Origin: Takakia lepidozioides
Taxonomy: Eukaryota > Plantae > Bryophyta
Assembly: GCA_030704615.1 (NCBI GenBank)
Contig: CM060734.1
Span: forward strand, 24,924,001 to 24,988,000
DNA length: 64,000 nucleotides
Reading direction: 5' to 3'
The stretch's first letter is position 1; each line of letters opens with the position of its first letter. Below the pieces are notes generated by a model. The model saw only the letters and a program-made list of their open reading frames with translations. It had not been told where the DNA came from and did no database searches. The translations under genes were made by a program, and so were the position numbers. This document shows, in pieces, positions 1 through 12,107 of this stretch.

Positions 1-563
1 ATTGCCAAAGCTAGGAAACGGTATGAAAGGCAGGCGAATCGGAAGCGGAGGGAAGTGAAGTTTGAGGCAGGCACGGAGGTCTGGTTGAACATCAAGAATT
101 TCCGACTACCTCTGGAAGTGAGTCCGAAGTTCGTACCTCCGTATGCGGGACCCTTTCGCAATCGGAAGGTTATGAATGAGGATGTGTATGAATTGGAGCT
201 GCCAGCAAACAGCAAGGTCCCGCAGTATTCCATGTCTCCCTTTTGAAGCCTTACTTCAAAGATGAAGCGCGTCCGAATCGGCATCAAGTGTTGCGTCCGC
301 CACCTATGCTGTTGGATCATGAAAATGAACCTAAGTACGAGGTGGAGGCAATACTTAAGTCAAGGAGGTTCAAGAACCGAGAAACGGAGTATCTCGTCAA
401 ATGGAAGGGCTATTATCATGTGGAGGCATCTTGGGTGCGTGCCTCAGAAATGGGAAACGCATCCGAGGCGGTCGCAGCTTTCGAAGGGCGACCTCAAAAG
501 CGAATGGGGACATCAACCTTGGAGCGTGGGGGAGGAAATGCATGCTTAGCCCGGCTTAGCTAG
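1..563 (+). mobile_element. 3' end of Ty3/Gypsy chromovirus pol: integrase C-terminus (GPY/F) plus chromodomain, frameshifted
   Basis: ORF 55-246 has KFVPPYAGPF...YELELP. ORF 243-563 has the chromodomain YEVEAILKSR...EYLVKWKGY...SW. Confidence 0.9.
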
Positions 564-1409
564 CTTAGGAATCCGATTGCAAAAACTTGTATTGTACAAA
601 ACGTGCTATAAATGAAACGGATTCCAAATGTTGTGCGTCCTATTTTGTTTGGAATGGTGATGCATGGTATGGTTGGCTAGTGTGTAGAATGCATGCTAGC
701 TTATAGAAGTGGGAGAGGTAAATTGGGTTAATCGTGTGTTTGTGTAGTGCCAAAATCGGGTGACCCCCATCCGAGGGGCAAGGAAACTTGCGCCTTCTTT
801 GGGAGTTCACGTGCTAGTGCGCATCGGGCGCGTGCGCGTACTATAACTGCGCTTCCGAGGGGGTTGCCTTGTAGTGCGGGCTAACGCGGAAGCCACGTGC
901 TTCCGTTCACGTACTATAATCGTGTAGCCTCGGGACAAAGTCGTAGTGCGGCTTCGGCGTGTTCCCGTACCTCAGGCCAACATTCCAAGGCGGACCCAAT
1001 TGTAGTGATTGGGACGCACGGTTGGTTCAAAGTTATCTTCCTAGTCAAAGAGGGTTCCAGGTGAACCCTTGTTCAAGGTGATGCCAAAAGCGGCATAATG
1101 AGCGGTCGCAAGCAATGTTGTTGCAGTAAGGCGATTCGATCCTCGGGGAGGATCGTTCCTTGGCCTTGAAGTAGGCCAAGAAGAGTGCACTGGGAGGAGC
1201 TGGAGAGGCTCCACCCTTGGCCGGGACTTGGAGGAAGTCGGCCGAACTAGCTAGTGGAGAGTAGAGTTAAGTGTGGGGTTTGGTTCTTTGCAATGGGACG
1301 CCATGGTGCGGAAACAAACTCCTTGATGTGGGACGCCACAACTTGGATGTTCGTTTCTACAAAATGGACAAGTCGATGAGGACATCGACTCCCTGTTGGT
1401 AGGGGTGTG

Positions 1410-2138
1410 TGTCACGGCCCTTTGCCTTGAGGGCAGGGGGTCGGGTCACATGAGGGGCTGCCCCTGTGGTGGGGGCATCGGCAGCGATAGGTATGGGGGG
1501 CTGAAGCACCCTTGAGTGCCCAAGGCACTGAAGGAGGCGGAGGCGCTCACTAGGTGGAGCCCCGCACACCGGGTTGCGGTGGGGGTGGCTCCACAAGGGG
1601 TGGTGGTAGCTTAGCGGGACTTAGTGGGGGTGGCATAGGACTCACCATGGGGGCGGAGACCTCGTGGTGGGAGTCGTGGGGAGTCTTGGGACTCATCACG
1701 GTCCATAGGGGCCGTGGTGAGTGGGCCAAGACTCACCGCGACTCATCACCGGGAGTCGAGGGTTTTCGTGGTGGTTCGCCATAAAATGGCATGGCTGGTT
1801 ATGAAACCCCCACGGACAGCTACAGAAGTATATATAGGGAGTAGTAACCCCGAGAACGGTGCAAGCCCGTTGGTGACCAAAAACTAGTGAGTAAACTAGC
1901 GAGCGAGCCGGAAAGCAACCAAAGAGTGGGGAGCTGTTCCGGACTGCCATCTACCAAAGGGAATTCCACTAGTCCCAAATAGGTGGAGGGTTTAGTGGGA
2001 AGCGAAGGGGGACCGTTATGTCCCGGTAAGCAGCCGAAGCTCCAAGTTGGCCCGGCGGCCAGGTTGGGAGTCAGGCGCGCGCATCAAAGCGAGTAACTAT
2101 GACGTGAAGGGGAGCTTACCGAAGGGAGGTGCGCGACA
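1410..2138 (+). mobile_element. 3' LTR of a Gypsy element, inserted into the B repeat of the split-repeat family
   Basis: Termini are TGTCACG...CGCGACA, preceded by GAGGACATCGAC...TTGGTAGGGGTGTG (PPT-like). The sequence after 2138 (TAGCGAGGTGTATGCGCACGACA) is the tail of the 85-bp B repeat. Confidence 0.7.
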
Positions 2139-2529
2139 TAGCGAGGTGTATGCGCACGACAGCTGTCAAGTAAAGTTTACTAGTAGTCTGAAACTAGCCA
2201 ATAAATAACTCATTTTTATATATGACACTTTGGGCTTGATCCAAGTGTCAACCCAGGGGTCAAGATATTTGTTGGCCCCTGGGCGTGGCTTATCTTCACG
2301 ACGAATGCGCGGCGAGGCTCATCTCTCTCGAGTTGAGCCTCCCGCGTCGGCTATGGCGTGCGTAGTGCAGATTCCCCATAGATTTTGGGGTGTGCTTGGC
2401 TTGACTCGTAATGCATGAGTGATGGTGTCTAGTTTTTATTAATCATTGTGGCAGACTACTTTATTGTGCGTATATGTTGTGTGGTTTGGACAGCGATGTA
2501 GTTGTGTAGCGAGGTGTATGTGCACGACA
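2139..2529 (+). repeat. 3' terminus (partial B - GC - A' - B) of a second split-direct-repeat retroelement copy
   Basis: CACGACA ends at 2161, then GC, then TGTCAAG from 2164, then a full B repeat 2447-2529 nearly identical to 38999-39083. Confidence 0.85.
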
Positions 2530-2952
2530 ACCGATGTAAATGATAGTGAAAGCCTTGTCTGACGACTTGCTTCCCCCTTTTGTGGATCAAAATCCACATC
2601 CGCTCCTCTTGGCTCAGGAGCACGTGTTGCTGCTCGAGTGACAGCAACAGCAGAGTCTAGTACATGCAATGGCCCTGCAAGTGCGGCTCCACACATGAAG
2701 CCCATACCAATTTGGTCTTCCCTAGGCATAAGAGGTTGTGCAGCTTGAACCTTAGGCCTTGGAGCTAGCACAACATGAATAGTGGCCATGGCAGCAAGAT
2801 GTTGCTCTAGCTAGGCAAGTCTATCCACCATGCCTTGGTCATGACCTTGACCCTGACCCTGTGCTTCTTGGCGTTGGTTACAACCTCCACCACGACCTCT
2901 GCCTCCTCTACCTCTCTGGACTACATTGCCTCGTCCTCGGCCACCATTGTTC
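2530..2952 (-). pseudogene. gag fragment of an older antisense copy of the DNMT-Gypsy family (continues from 39084)
   Basis: MGFMCGAAL...AVTRAATRAPEPRGADVDFDPQKGEASRQ matches gag at about 32540-32700. Confidence 0.88.
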
Positions 2953-3302
2953 TGTCAAGTTAAATAAGCACAGTGTGAAAACAGCTAGAATAAAACTAGT
3001 TATTTATATTTAACACTTGGATTTAGGTCAAGTGTTAAATCAGGTGTCAAGTTTAGTTTGACACCTGGTCCGTCTTATCTTCACGAGAGCGGCAGTCGCG
3101 CGGCTCATCTCTCTCGAGTTGAGCCTGCGCGACCGAGTTCCTGCATTCTTCAGATCGGAGTGTGCTTATGATGGGAGTGTAGGTTGTTGTGGGGTGGAGT
3201 CCCCATAGCTTGGGGTGCCCCTGGCTCGACTATTATCTTAAAGAGTGATGTTGAGGGATTGCATATTTCTTGTGTTGAGAGTGTGTGTCCTTTTTTAGTT
3301 TG
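2953..3302 (+). repeat. Terminal repeat A1 (about 350 bp)
   Basis: Matches 38640-38989 with about 5 substitutions by eye and contains three consecutive hairpins. Confidence 0.92.
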
Positions 3303-5677
3303 TACGCAGCTCAAGCAATGAGCATAGAACGGCTCTAGCTTGAGTTCGTCTCACATCTTCAGTCGCAATGGTGTGGTAGAAGAGAGAGTAATGGTGGTCT
3401 GCCCATATTTCTGTTGGCATTGGCGAGGTGTGCTTCCACTGTAAGGGCGTCGCCCGTCTGCGGAGGATATGTCGATGGCAGCTGGTGGTGTGATGTCAAG
3501 GCCCCATAGAGCCCGCTGCGGTGAATGGGAGCAGCGAATGGGGCAGCAGTGAATGGGAGTCCAGGTAGAGCCAGCGGCTGTGGCGGCAAGGGTCTGGTTG
3601 ATGGTGGCGGCTCTTGGTCGCTCGAGTATCTCTACAGCAGGGGGAACAGCCCGTTCAGGCTGTTGATATGCGGCTCGAACTGGATGACTTCAGCTGTGTG
3701 GTGGAAGCGAGTGGATCGAATGGAAGCTGGTCTGGATTGAGGTCCGCACGACAGGCCTGCACTTTGGGATAGGAGTCATATGCGAAGACAGAAAGCTGAT
3801 AGAATGTGGCGGGCATTTCATCTTCTTTACCGTGGAGGTCTACCTTAAAGAGGGACTTCACTCTTTGGACGCTGAATGTTGCGCTGAAGTGGGAGAGGGC
3901 AGCAGAAACACAGTCCCCCTTCGCACAATGTTTCGACCTCTTTGGCTTTGACCTTTTGACATGAGCAGTTCTCCGCCCTTATTTTTCCTCGCTCTTTCCC
4001 TGTGTTCCCTTCTCCTTTCGTCACCACTACTGCCTCAATCAGAGGTGGCGACCATACTGCCGTTTAAGTGTCCAGGAAACTGATGACATCAAGGAAGCTA
4101 CCAGCTTGTTCCTGAAGACGAAGGGGTCGAATGTCACTGTTCTGGCTGGCACAGGAGCATGTGACCTGCCCATAGGGACTTGGGTGCCTGAAACAAGTGA
4201 AGTGGTTGGAGGATGGAGCATGGCGTCAGGAGATGGAAAGAGAGCAGTGAAGGGGTTTCTACATGATAAGGACCTGCAACTGGTTGCAGCCCAGCATGCG
4301 CTAGCTAGGACCATGACCTGAAGCAGCTGCTAAGTCGCTGGGAGGTCCGTGAAGCTGAACTTGCCCAAATGCGGGAGGTTGTCATGGAGGGAGCTAAGAC
4401 AGTCAGTGTACTGCAGCTGCCTTGGTGGGGAAAGTGAATGCGAGACTGGCAGCTCAACTGGGCATTGGGATAGATTTTGCTTGGTGATGGGATCGTAATT
4501 CAGTAGCAGGCTGATTGGAGTTAAAGAGGTTTGGTCATGCCAGTGTCCGAGCAGCCAGTGAATTTTGGGCCAGATTTTTGAAGGTATGTTGCATGGCAGT
4601 AGGCAGTGTTCCAGAGATTCTGAAACCCCAAGCGAGCAGCATAAGCAGAGCAGTGCACGGGTGAATTGAAGCCAACGCCCTACCTTTAGAATTCTATGTG
4701 CGATCTGCCAGAGAAAGACAGCCAGCTTTGCATCGTGTGTGACAGCTTTGCAGGATGTTTGATTGAGGGCAGCAGTGCATAGCGAGGCCAGTGATTTGAA
4801 TGCCGCTGAAATCTGTCACGGAAATGACCTGATTAGGTCTGGCTGAGCATGTAACCCAAGTGTCGGGCAATGGAGGCAACGGCCCCTGCTGGAGGATTCA
4901 TATCCAAGATGCAGGGATGGTCTGGATGATGCTGGCATAACCTGCATTTCCTCTGGCTGTTCCTACAATCTGGTTTATGTGCCCTGGCACTATAGTGCTG
5001 ATGCCGACCAGATATTCCCAATCTGTGCAATTTCATGGTGATCCCAGGCAGACCACCTCTCCGCATATCCACGGTCAATCTTGTTGTGAAGAAGGAGGGG
5101 CAGGGGCAGGAAGCTAGTAGGTATATGCTGATGATAGACTGAGCTGCTGTGTAGCAGCTATTCCCTGCTCAGTGTCCAGAGGGGATGCTGTGGCCTCCGA
5201 ACTGCGCAAGTACTTGTCTCTGATCTCTGGGTGTCGTCAATGGTGTCTCCTTGCTGATTTTGATCTCTATTAAGAGAGTGTATATCAAGTGCGCAGGGGA
5301 CTCGTCTCTCGAGGGTTCACTGGGAAGAATCGCTTCACGACCTCCATCGTCACCACGGTTTGTGGTAGAAGACGGTTGGGATTCCAAAGCATGGTGAGCT
5401 GTTGAACTCAAATGAAATGGAGGGGAACAGCAGGCACGTGGCCAGGGAACCTAGGATGCCATATAGAACTTAGGGAACCGGGAACCAGTTACCAGATATT
5501 TTGGGTGTAACTTTGAATTTTTAAACTTGAAAACCTTATTAAAAAAAAAAAAAAAAAAAAACCCTTTTTAATCTAATTTGAATGATTTGGAGCCAAATTC
5601 ATCATATCTTTGTCAGATGGACTCTGTTTGACCCAGTTTTTGGGGGGATAGCTGCAGAAAGGGGAAATCTACCTATC

Positions 5678-8600
5678 GAATCCCACTCAACGTTCTCAGC
5701 AAGACCTGACCACAGTTGAGGAAGACCTGACCACTGAAGGCCCGGAGGAGGCCTCTGCAATTGCACAATTGTCCGCAAAGATTCCCCAGAGTGCAGCTCC
5801 AGTTGGGGATGCTCCAGCTGCTCAGCCCCTGCCCGCACCAGCAGAAATGTCTCCGGAGGAATTCCAAAGTGCAGCGGATACAATGTTGGAGGAGACACAT
5901 AGTAGCATTGGCAGAGTTCTGGGCAGCAGGGTATTCCAGCGGACTCTTCGAATCCCACTCTGTCGCATGGTCTCCCTTCCCATCGTCAGGCAGGCACTTC
6001 CCGGAGATGTGGATAAGCTCAAGTTCGCATTTCCAAAAGGGTACCGTCTAGGTTCGCCAGCCTTCTACGTTTCCCTTGAGAATGAGGACGGCAAATCTCG
6101 TGGACCCACTGCGGAGGAATTGTCAACATGGGATACCCACTGGCACACTCGCAACGACGAATTCGAGGCAACCCTGAAGGGTGATCCTGACTTCGGCCAT
6201 ATGTCGGGTAAAATGTTCTTTGTGTGGGACGGGAATCACCGAGTTCTCGCCTGGTGGGAGTACATCAAGCAGAACCATGCCAAGCACATTGGCTGGCATT
6301 ACATGGTGGAGTGTGTCATCCTCAAGGTGAAGGCGGCAGATTCCTCCCTGCTCAAGAATGCCATGGCGGACCTCAACTCGTAAGATACTCATACCCTCCC
6401 AACCGCGTTCGAAATATGGTGCCGCATTTCGGTTTCCAATCTATTTTGTTTCCGTGCTTCCGTGGTCTGAACTGGAGAGTGTGCCTTGCAGGGTCACTGA
6501 AAATGCGTACGTGCATACCCACATGGCACATATGCTGTACAGGGTGAGGAAAACTGGTCTCACTGATCCGCACATGTTTGCGGAAATGCTGGAGCCCGAG
6601 CTCATTCAGAAAGCCGTGGCAAAAACTGACCGGACATGGTATCGTCTCACTATGGATGGAATGGTGGAGGTGATATACGAAGTAAGTCGTCCTCCCATTC
6701 CCCTCTGCTCATCCTTCCCCAATTTCCGGTAATCTTTCCACATGAATCGAATGTAACGCTTCTGCATGTTTTTGTTGGCAGTCAAACATCAAGCTGGATT
6801 TGGCCCATGCCAAACGCTTCTTCATGGAAAGTGAGGGGCAGGTCAAAACGTTGCAGTCATTGACTGAGCACTTGAAGGAAGTCGGGGTCAAGTCCAGAAC
6901 GAAATATAAGTCAAAGCTTGTGAAGCTGGTGGCCATTGCAGATCCGGCACTTGGAAAGGACTTCATCCCCGAGATTGCAAAACACTATTCTCGGGCCATG
7001 CAGCCGACCATGCAGTTGGAGAAACTGCATCACCTCTCAACGGCATGTGTTGAAGCGAAAGAGAAGGTGATGTTTCAATTCACTGAAGTTCCTTCCTAGC
7101 AATAGCCACTCTTCTTCCTGCGACTGACATTGGATCGGAAATGGCAGACATGGTGGCTGTCGATCTGGAATGCATCGGAGAGTATAAGGACAATGTGGTC
7201 TTTTCCACTCAAAGTTTCCGACCCTGCAGTGGATGTGTGGCTCAACCGCATGACTTGGTGGTTCCAGGTAATTCAAGGTACTTCCCCAGAGTTGCTTTTC
7301 TGAAATGAATTCCCTAAACTGCTACGTGACAATGCATGTGGGAATCGCAGGTAATGACGAATGCGAAGGAGCAAGTCGTAATGCATACAAATTCGTTCGG
7401 CTTGTACGTCAAATGGGATGGAACACAGACATTGGAAGACTACGTGACACGTTTCAGATGTGCTTACAAGGACAACCTCTTCGCCAGGGAGCTACAGACA
7501 GCAAGAAGGAGCGTGGAGTTTACACATCAGGAGGGAGCGGGAAAAGCTGCAATGCGAATTGTTTACAGGTGAAGCCCAGCTGTCCTTGTACGCAAAGCCT
7601 GGTAATGAGGTTTGTCTGGGAAATGCGGCACCGCATTCGCATTTTATGTTTTCGGTTGCACTCTTGCGAGTACGTTGGTCTCAACTTTTGCTCACGCATG
7701 CTGACTGCCCTGCAGGTATATGAAATACGTGCTTCTTCAGACAGGGGCCATGGCTCAAGAGCCCCCGTTCTTCATGGCTTGGACCGTGGCGGGCCCAAGC
7801 TGTGTCTACACACCCGAGCTGCAGAAACAATGGCATGCCGCGCATCTGGTTGGATGCCCGTGGTACCTGGACATGTCTGGCGGAATTGTTGACGACTCTG
7901 AGAAAGATCTGCACGCGAAAGCAGAAGAGAAGAGAAAGGAAAGACGTGTCCCTGCTTGGCCAGAGTCGGCAAAGGAAGCTGCTGCTCTGGAACAATCTAG
8001 AAAGGCAGCTGAGATGGCACAGAAAACGGTGGATGCAGCTGTGCAGGCTCAACAGAAGGGGTCGAAGAAGCGGACTCGCCAGCAAGGAGCAGCAGTTGTG
8101 ACACCCAAGAAAACGAAGAAGCAGAAACAGATAGTGCAGGTAGAGGGTGAGGAAGAGGACTCCGATGGAGACTTTGCAACCAGCCCACCCCCCGAGACGC
8201 AGCCGAAATCCCCTGTGCCCACCGTTGTCACGAGAGGGACGAGAATTGGCTCGGCAAAGAAGGCACCCTTCAACCCCCCGGGGGGGCACCCTTTCGAGCC
8301 GGTGGAAATGAAGAGGCTGAAAGTGGATCCCGATACAGTAGTCCAGTGTGTGAATGAGAGTTTCTTGGCGGCTTTGGATGGACGGGCAGCCAAGTTGGCA
8401 TACATGAAGACCATGGAGGGTCTGAAGGGCAGAGCACTGAAGAAGGCGGCTGCCGAAGAGCCTTCCGACACCCCCGGGTTTCTGAAGATGGTCTCGTTCT
8501 TTGAGAGGGTGTGTGCAGACAAGGATTGCAGGAGGGGCGGAAATTCCACCGATTGGTCTTGCGATATGATCATCTTGGATATTCCAGACGGAGAGCCTTT

Positions 8601-10069
8601 GGAAGGACTGCAAGCTTTGCCATCTTGGAACAGGTACTCCGAGGACTTTTGGAAGAAAGGATTCGGGCTCGCCCGCATGGTGTTGGACGACAGAGGCTGT
8701 GTGGTTGTCCTGGCGAGCAAAGGCAAAAACACGCAGACAAGAATTGCGAAGTGGACCCGCAAGAGCGCCGTCCCAATTCTGAAGAAAAAGTGGACGTGCA
8801 TCAACACATTGGGCCTTCGGTCGGAAGGGAAGAAGGTAATTACGACCTTGGCACTCGTCCTTTCATTTTCTTAGGAGTCTTGAAATGCGGTGCCGCATTC
8901 GATTTCTAATCGTTCCCCACTGTGTATGCAGACGAAGCAGTTCGATGCATACTGCTTTGTGAAGGAGAACTCCACCTTTGCTTTCCGGAAGGAGGGATTG
9001 TTGGTTGACCCGAACTGCGACCCCATCGATTACGACGTCCTGTTCAACAACGTTCCCATGGAACTTCTCCCTCATAGCCTCACTTCAACTGAACCCCTGC
9101 GGTATTCACGCACTCGGAGCCCTGCCTTCATTCAGACAATTATGGAGACATGCACTGACGTGGAGGGCACAGTGCTCGACCTCATTTGTGGGACAGGTAT
9201 GCATTATCTTGTTGTATGTTTTTCTGCAAACTCTCGTTATGCTTTCATTCGCAACATCTGAAGGGCCATGTCATAATGTGTGGATGGCATTGTAACAGGT
9301 GCCTCAATGTGGGCTGGGCGGTTTTCCGACCGGCACCTCTTTGCCTACGAGGAGGACACAAGCGTCTGGGGATCCCATCTGGAAGGGCTGCAACGGAATG
9401 TGAAGGCTCCCATCGAAGTCAAAGACTCCTCGGATACGTCGGAGTCGGAGGAAGAGACAGTGGACATTGATGCCGAGGAGAACCCGGAATACGAGTGAGT
9501 GCAAACATTGTAAGTTTGCAAAGCCTTCTGGGTGATTTTTTGTCAAACGCATTTCCGGACTGTGGTTCTCATTGGTCTCTATGGTGATTGTTATATGCAG
9601 GATTGGAGGATCCGGGTCAAAACATGTAAGGCCTACACTTCCTGCCAGGAAAAATGTCCCGTTCTTTGCGAGGGCCGACTTCATGACGAGCCCGGTGAAG
9701 GACTACTCCCTTCCTAGTTATGCAGCTAAACTCGCAAATATAGCGATTAGACGATGTGAGAATCCCAGTAAAGTAGAGCAGATTTTGGAGAGGGCTAGGG
9801 AGGACAGAAGGATAAGGAAAGAGTTAGCAACAGCTGAGGCAGGTAGACGGGTGCGAAAGTTCATATGTGATTCAGCGGATGAGAGCGATGCAGACAGGGA
9901 GGACGACGAGCCAACGGAGGTGAGATGGTCGGTTCCGCAAGGTGAAGATGGGATTTTCGAAAGCCTGGCCAATGACCAGTCCGCTGGAGATGAGAAAGGC
10001 AATGACGGGGTGGAGGCGGAGCAGGATAGTCAAGAACAGGCCGACAGTAGTGATGATTTTCAAGATTAA
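5678..10069 (+). CDS. Spliced gene (about 9 exons): ParB/Sulfiredoxin-like N-terminal domain + helical region + beta-class N4-C/N6-A DNA methyltransferase fold + acidic tail; 5' end possibly truncated
   Basis: GT-AG exons approx <5678-6379, 6492-6681, 6782-7066, 7148-7267, 7351-7568, 7716-8835, 8932-9196, 9299-9494, 9601-10069 join in frame. Motifs: FFVWDGNHR (ParB-like), CDMIILDIPD (motif IV position), LARMVLDDRGCVVV, RSPAFIQTIMETCTDVEGTVLDLICGTG|ASMWAGRFSDRHLFAYEED (motifs X-I-II). First in-frame ATG is at 5847. Confidence 0.8.
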
Positions 10070-10207
10070 TACAATTTTAATGAACTCTCTGTACATTTAA
10101 ATTCAATTCCAGAGTATATAAAATGGAATTCTCCCCGTCCTTCATGTCCCCTCTCCCATGTGCTTCTAAACGACAACATCGTCCAAACCTGGTCCCTCCC
10201 AAAATCA

Positions 10208-11250
10208 GAAATGCGGCACCGCATTTCAATGTCTGAACGGAAATGTGGAAACTGAAAAAACCTCATTTGGAAATGCGGCACCGCATTTCCAAAACCGGGG
10301 CAAGAACAAATTTCCGATTCATGGTTTGGACATCAGAAACTGTTCGGACAAACGGAAATGCGGTGCCGCATTTCCGTTTCCGACACGGCAGTTTTGCCGA
10401 TTGGCAGCTCCTTCCATGGATGTAAATCGAAATGCGGAGGTCGAACATGGAAATGCGGTGCCGCATTTACCTTTTGGAGATGGACATTTTTCCAACTGCA
10501 GACCTATCGACGTTCTTGGGCTCCCAATTCCATGATGCTAGACGGGAATGCGGCACCGCATTCCATTGTCCAATAAGAAATTTCGATGACGTACATGGAA
10601 ATGCGGCGCCGCATTTCCAAAATGGACATCGTTGTTTGCCCAATTCCAGACCCTTTGATGGAAATGCGGCACCGCATTCCATCGTCCTATAAAAACTTAC
10701 ATTGTCCTATAAAAACTTTCAATTGCCCAAAATGGGAAATGCGGCGCCGCATTTCCAAAACAGACATCGTTGTTTGTCCAATTCCAGACCCGTGTGGGCA
10801 TTCCGTCTTGATGGACGGAAATACGGCACCGCATTCCATTGTCCGATTCGATATTTTGATGACAGACATGGAAATGCGGTGCCGCATTTCCAGAACGGAC
10901 ATCATTGTTTGTCCAATTCCAGACCCTTCGACGGAAATGCGGCACCGCATTCCATTGTGCTCTCCGGAAATGTTGTGCCGCATTTCATTGTCCGGTACGA
11001 AATTTCGATGACAGACATGGAAATGCGGTGCCGCATTTCAAGTATGGACATGGACAAGCATTAGCGACTGGACATGCTTGGATAGTTCAAGGTCGAATAT
11101 GGAAATGCGGCGCCGCATTTCAAATTCGAAGTATGGTAATGCCATGTTAGGAAATGAAATGTTGTACAACATTTCCGTTACGACGACAACGGAGGAAAGG
11201 GAGCTGCCAGAAATCGCTTCATGGAGAAAATGGAATGCGATGGCGAATTT
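10208..11250. repeat. Array of about 15 palindromes GGAAATGCGG-(CA/TG/CG)-CCGCATTTCC
   Basis: Copies at about 10208, 10269, 10354, 10449, 10545, 10597, 10660, 10735, 10817, 10870, 10933, 10966, 11019 and 11101, plus degenerate copies at about 11157 and 11232. Confidence 0.95.
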
Positions 11251-11528
11251 CTGAGCTTCGGCGTGTACATGTTTCCTACAACTCATACTTGGATTTTCTT
11301 CACCTCAGGACTGTGATATCGCTGACTCTGGTAAATTCATATGGACAGACACATTGTAGAAATGAGACCTCAAATTGTAAACAGTGGGCCAATTACGGCA
11401 GTTCTTGAACACGATGAAACACAAGCACACAGAAGTGAGGTACGATGGGTTGTTTTATTGATCGAACACGGTGTCTCACATTTAGCAGCTCCAGACAAAT
11501 CTAAGCCCTTCCTCCTTCTACATGGGTG

Positions 11529-12107
11529 TCACCAAGTCGACGGAACTTCGATAGCCCTCAAAACTAGCTCATTACTGATGCGGCATCTCGAGGTAAACTG
11601 CAATGCGGTCGATCTGGTGCCCTTGGTGGAGCTGACGACAATGTCATACCCATCAATCATACCACCATCATACATCGACAAGGTCACTGTGGGCCTCCTG
11701 TGCCCGTGCGATTCGTCTTCGCAACTCAGCCGAATGTCTCCATACACTGGAAAAGCGGAGTGAACTCCACGAATATAGTTTTCCCCGGTGCCGTCCTCCC
11801 TGGTCCACTGGCAGTAGTTCCGGCGCCAAAGTGAGGCCGTGCGTGATCTGTCCGGCATCCCATTCCACCTTGGTATATCGAGGTCAACAATTTTCAGGAC
11901 CCACGGACCGCATTGACCCTCGCCCTCACCTCGCTCAAAGCAGTAATAGCCCTCCAGATACTCCATTGCGCGCAAAGACTCCCGCTTGATTCCAGATGCG
12001 TCTGTGAAAAGTGAAAGCCAGACAATGATGTCTCCTGATTGTGGTTTGAACATAGCATAATCGTGGCCATGATAAGGGCAGTCAGCAGGATTTCGGCGGC
12101 ACGACAT
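11529..12107 (-). CDS. Unknown about 190-aa protein (paralog of 12663-13226)
   Basis: Intact intronless ORF MSCRRNPADCPY...GDIIVW...YGDIR...DGGMIDG...RAIEVP. Confidence 0.7.
   Translation of the reverse strand: MSCRRNPADCPYHGHDYAMFKPQSGDIIVWLSLFTDASGIKRESLRAMEYLEGYYCFERGEGEGQCGPWVLKIVDLDIPRWNGMPDRSRTASLWRRNYCQWTREDGTGENYIRGVHSAFPVYGDIRLSCEDESHGHRRPTVTLSMYDGGMIDGYDIVVSSTKGTRSTALQFTSRCRISNELVLRAIEVPSTW

Noticed and set aside
539-1409. Possible LTR starting at 539 after GGAGCGTGGGGGAGGAAA
   Set aside because: No matching CA end or second copy was found. 1410-2138 has better termini, so this stretch is left unassigned.
2953-3302. Hammerhead ribozyme in repeat A
   Set aside because: The CUGANGA/GAAA core was not found in a suitable arrangement on either strand.
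3303-5450. Short ORFs in the first leader
   Set aside because: Fragmentary, and no family could be recognised by eye.
7681-8807. Long minus-strand ORFs (310 and 252 aa)
   Set aside because: Antisense shadows of the large exon of the ParB-MTase gene.
5678-10069. Bacterial or phage contamination as the source of the ParB-MTase
   Set aside because: The gene has eight spliceosomal introns, several conserved in paralogs, and is interleaved with plant TEs.
10243-11150. ORFs with repeated EMRHRIS / GNAAPHF peptides
   Set aside because: These are translations of the palindrome array, open on both strands.
10208-11250. CRISPR-like appearance (palindromic repeats with 30-60-bp spacers)
   Set aside because: Spacers are related to each other and uneven in length, there are no cas genes, the context is eukaryotic, and copies also sit singly in introns.
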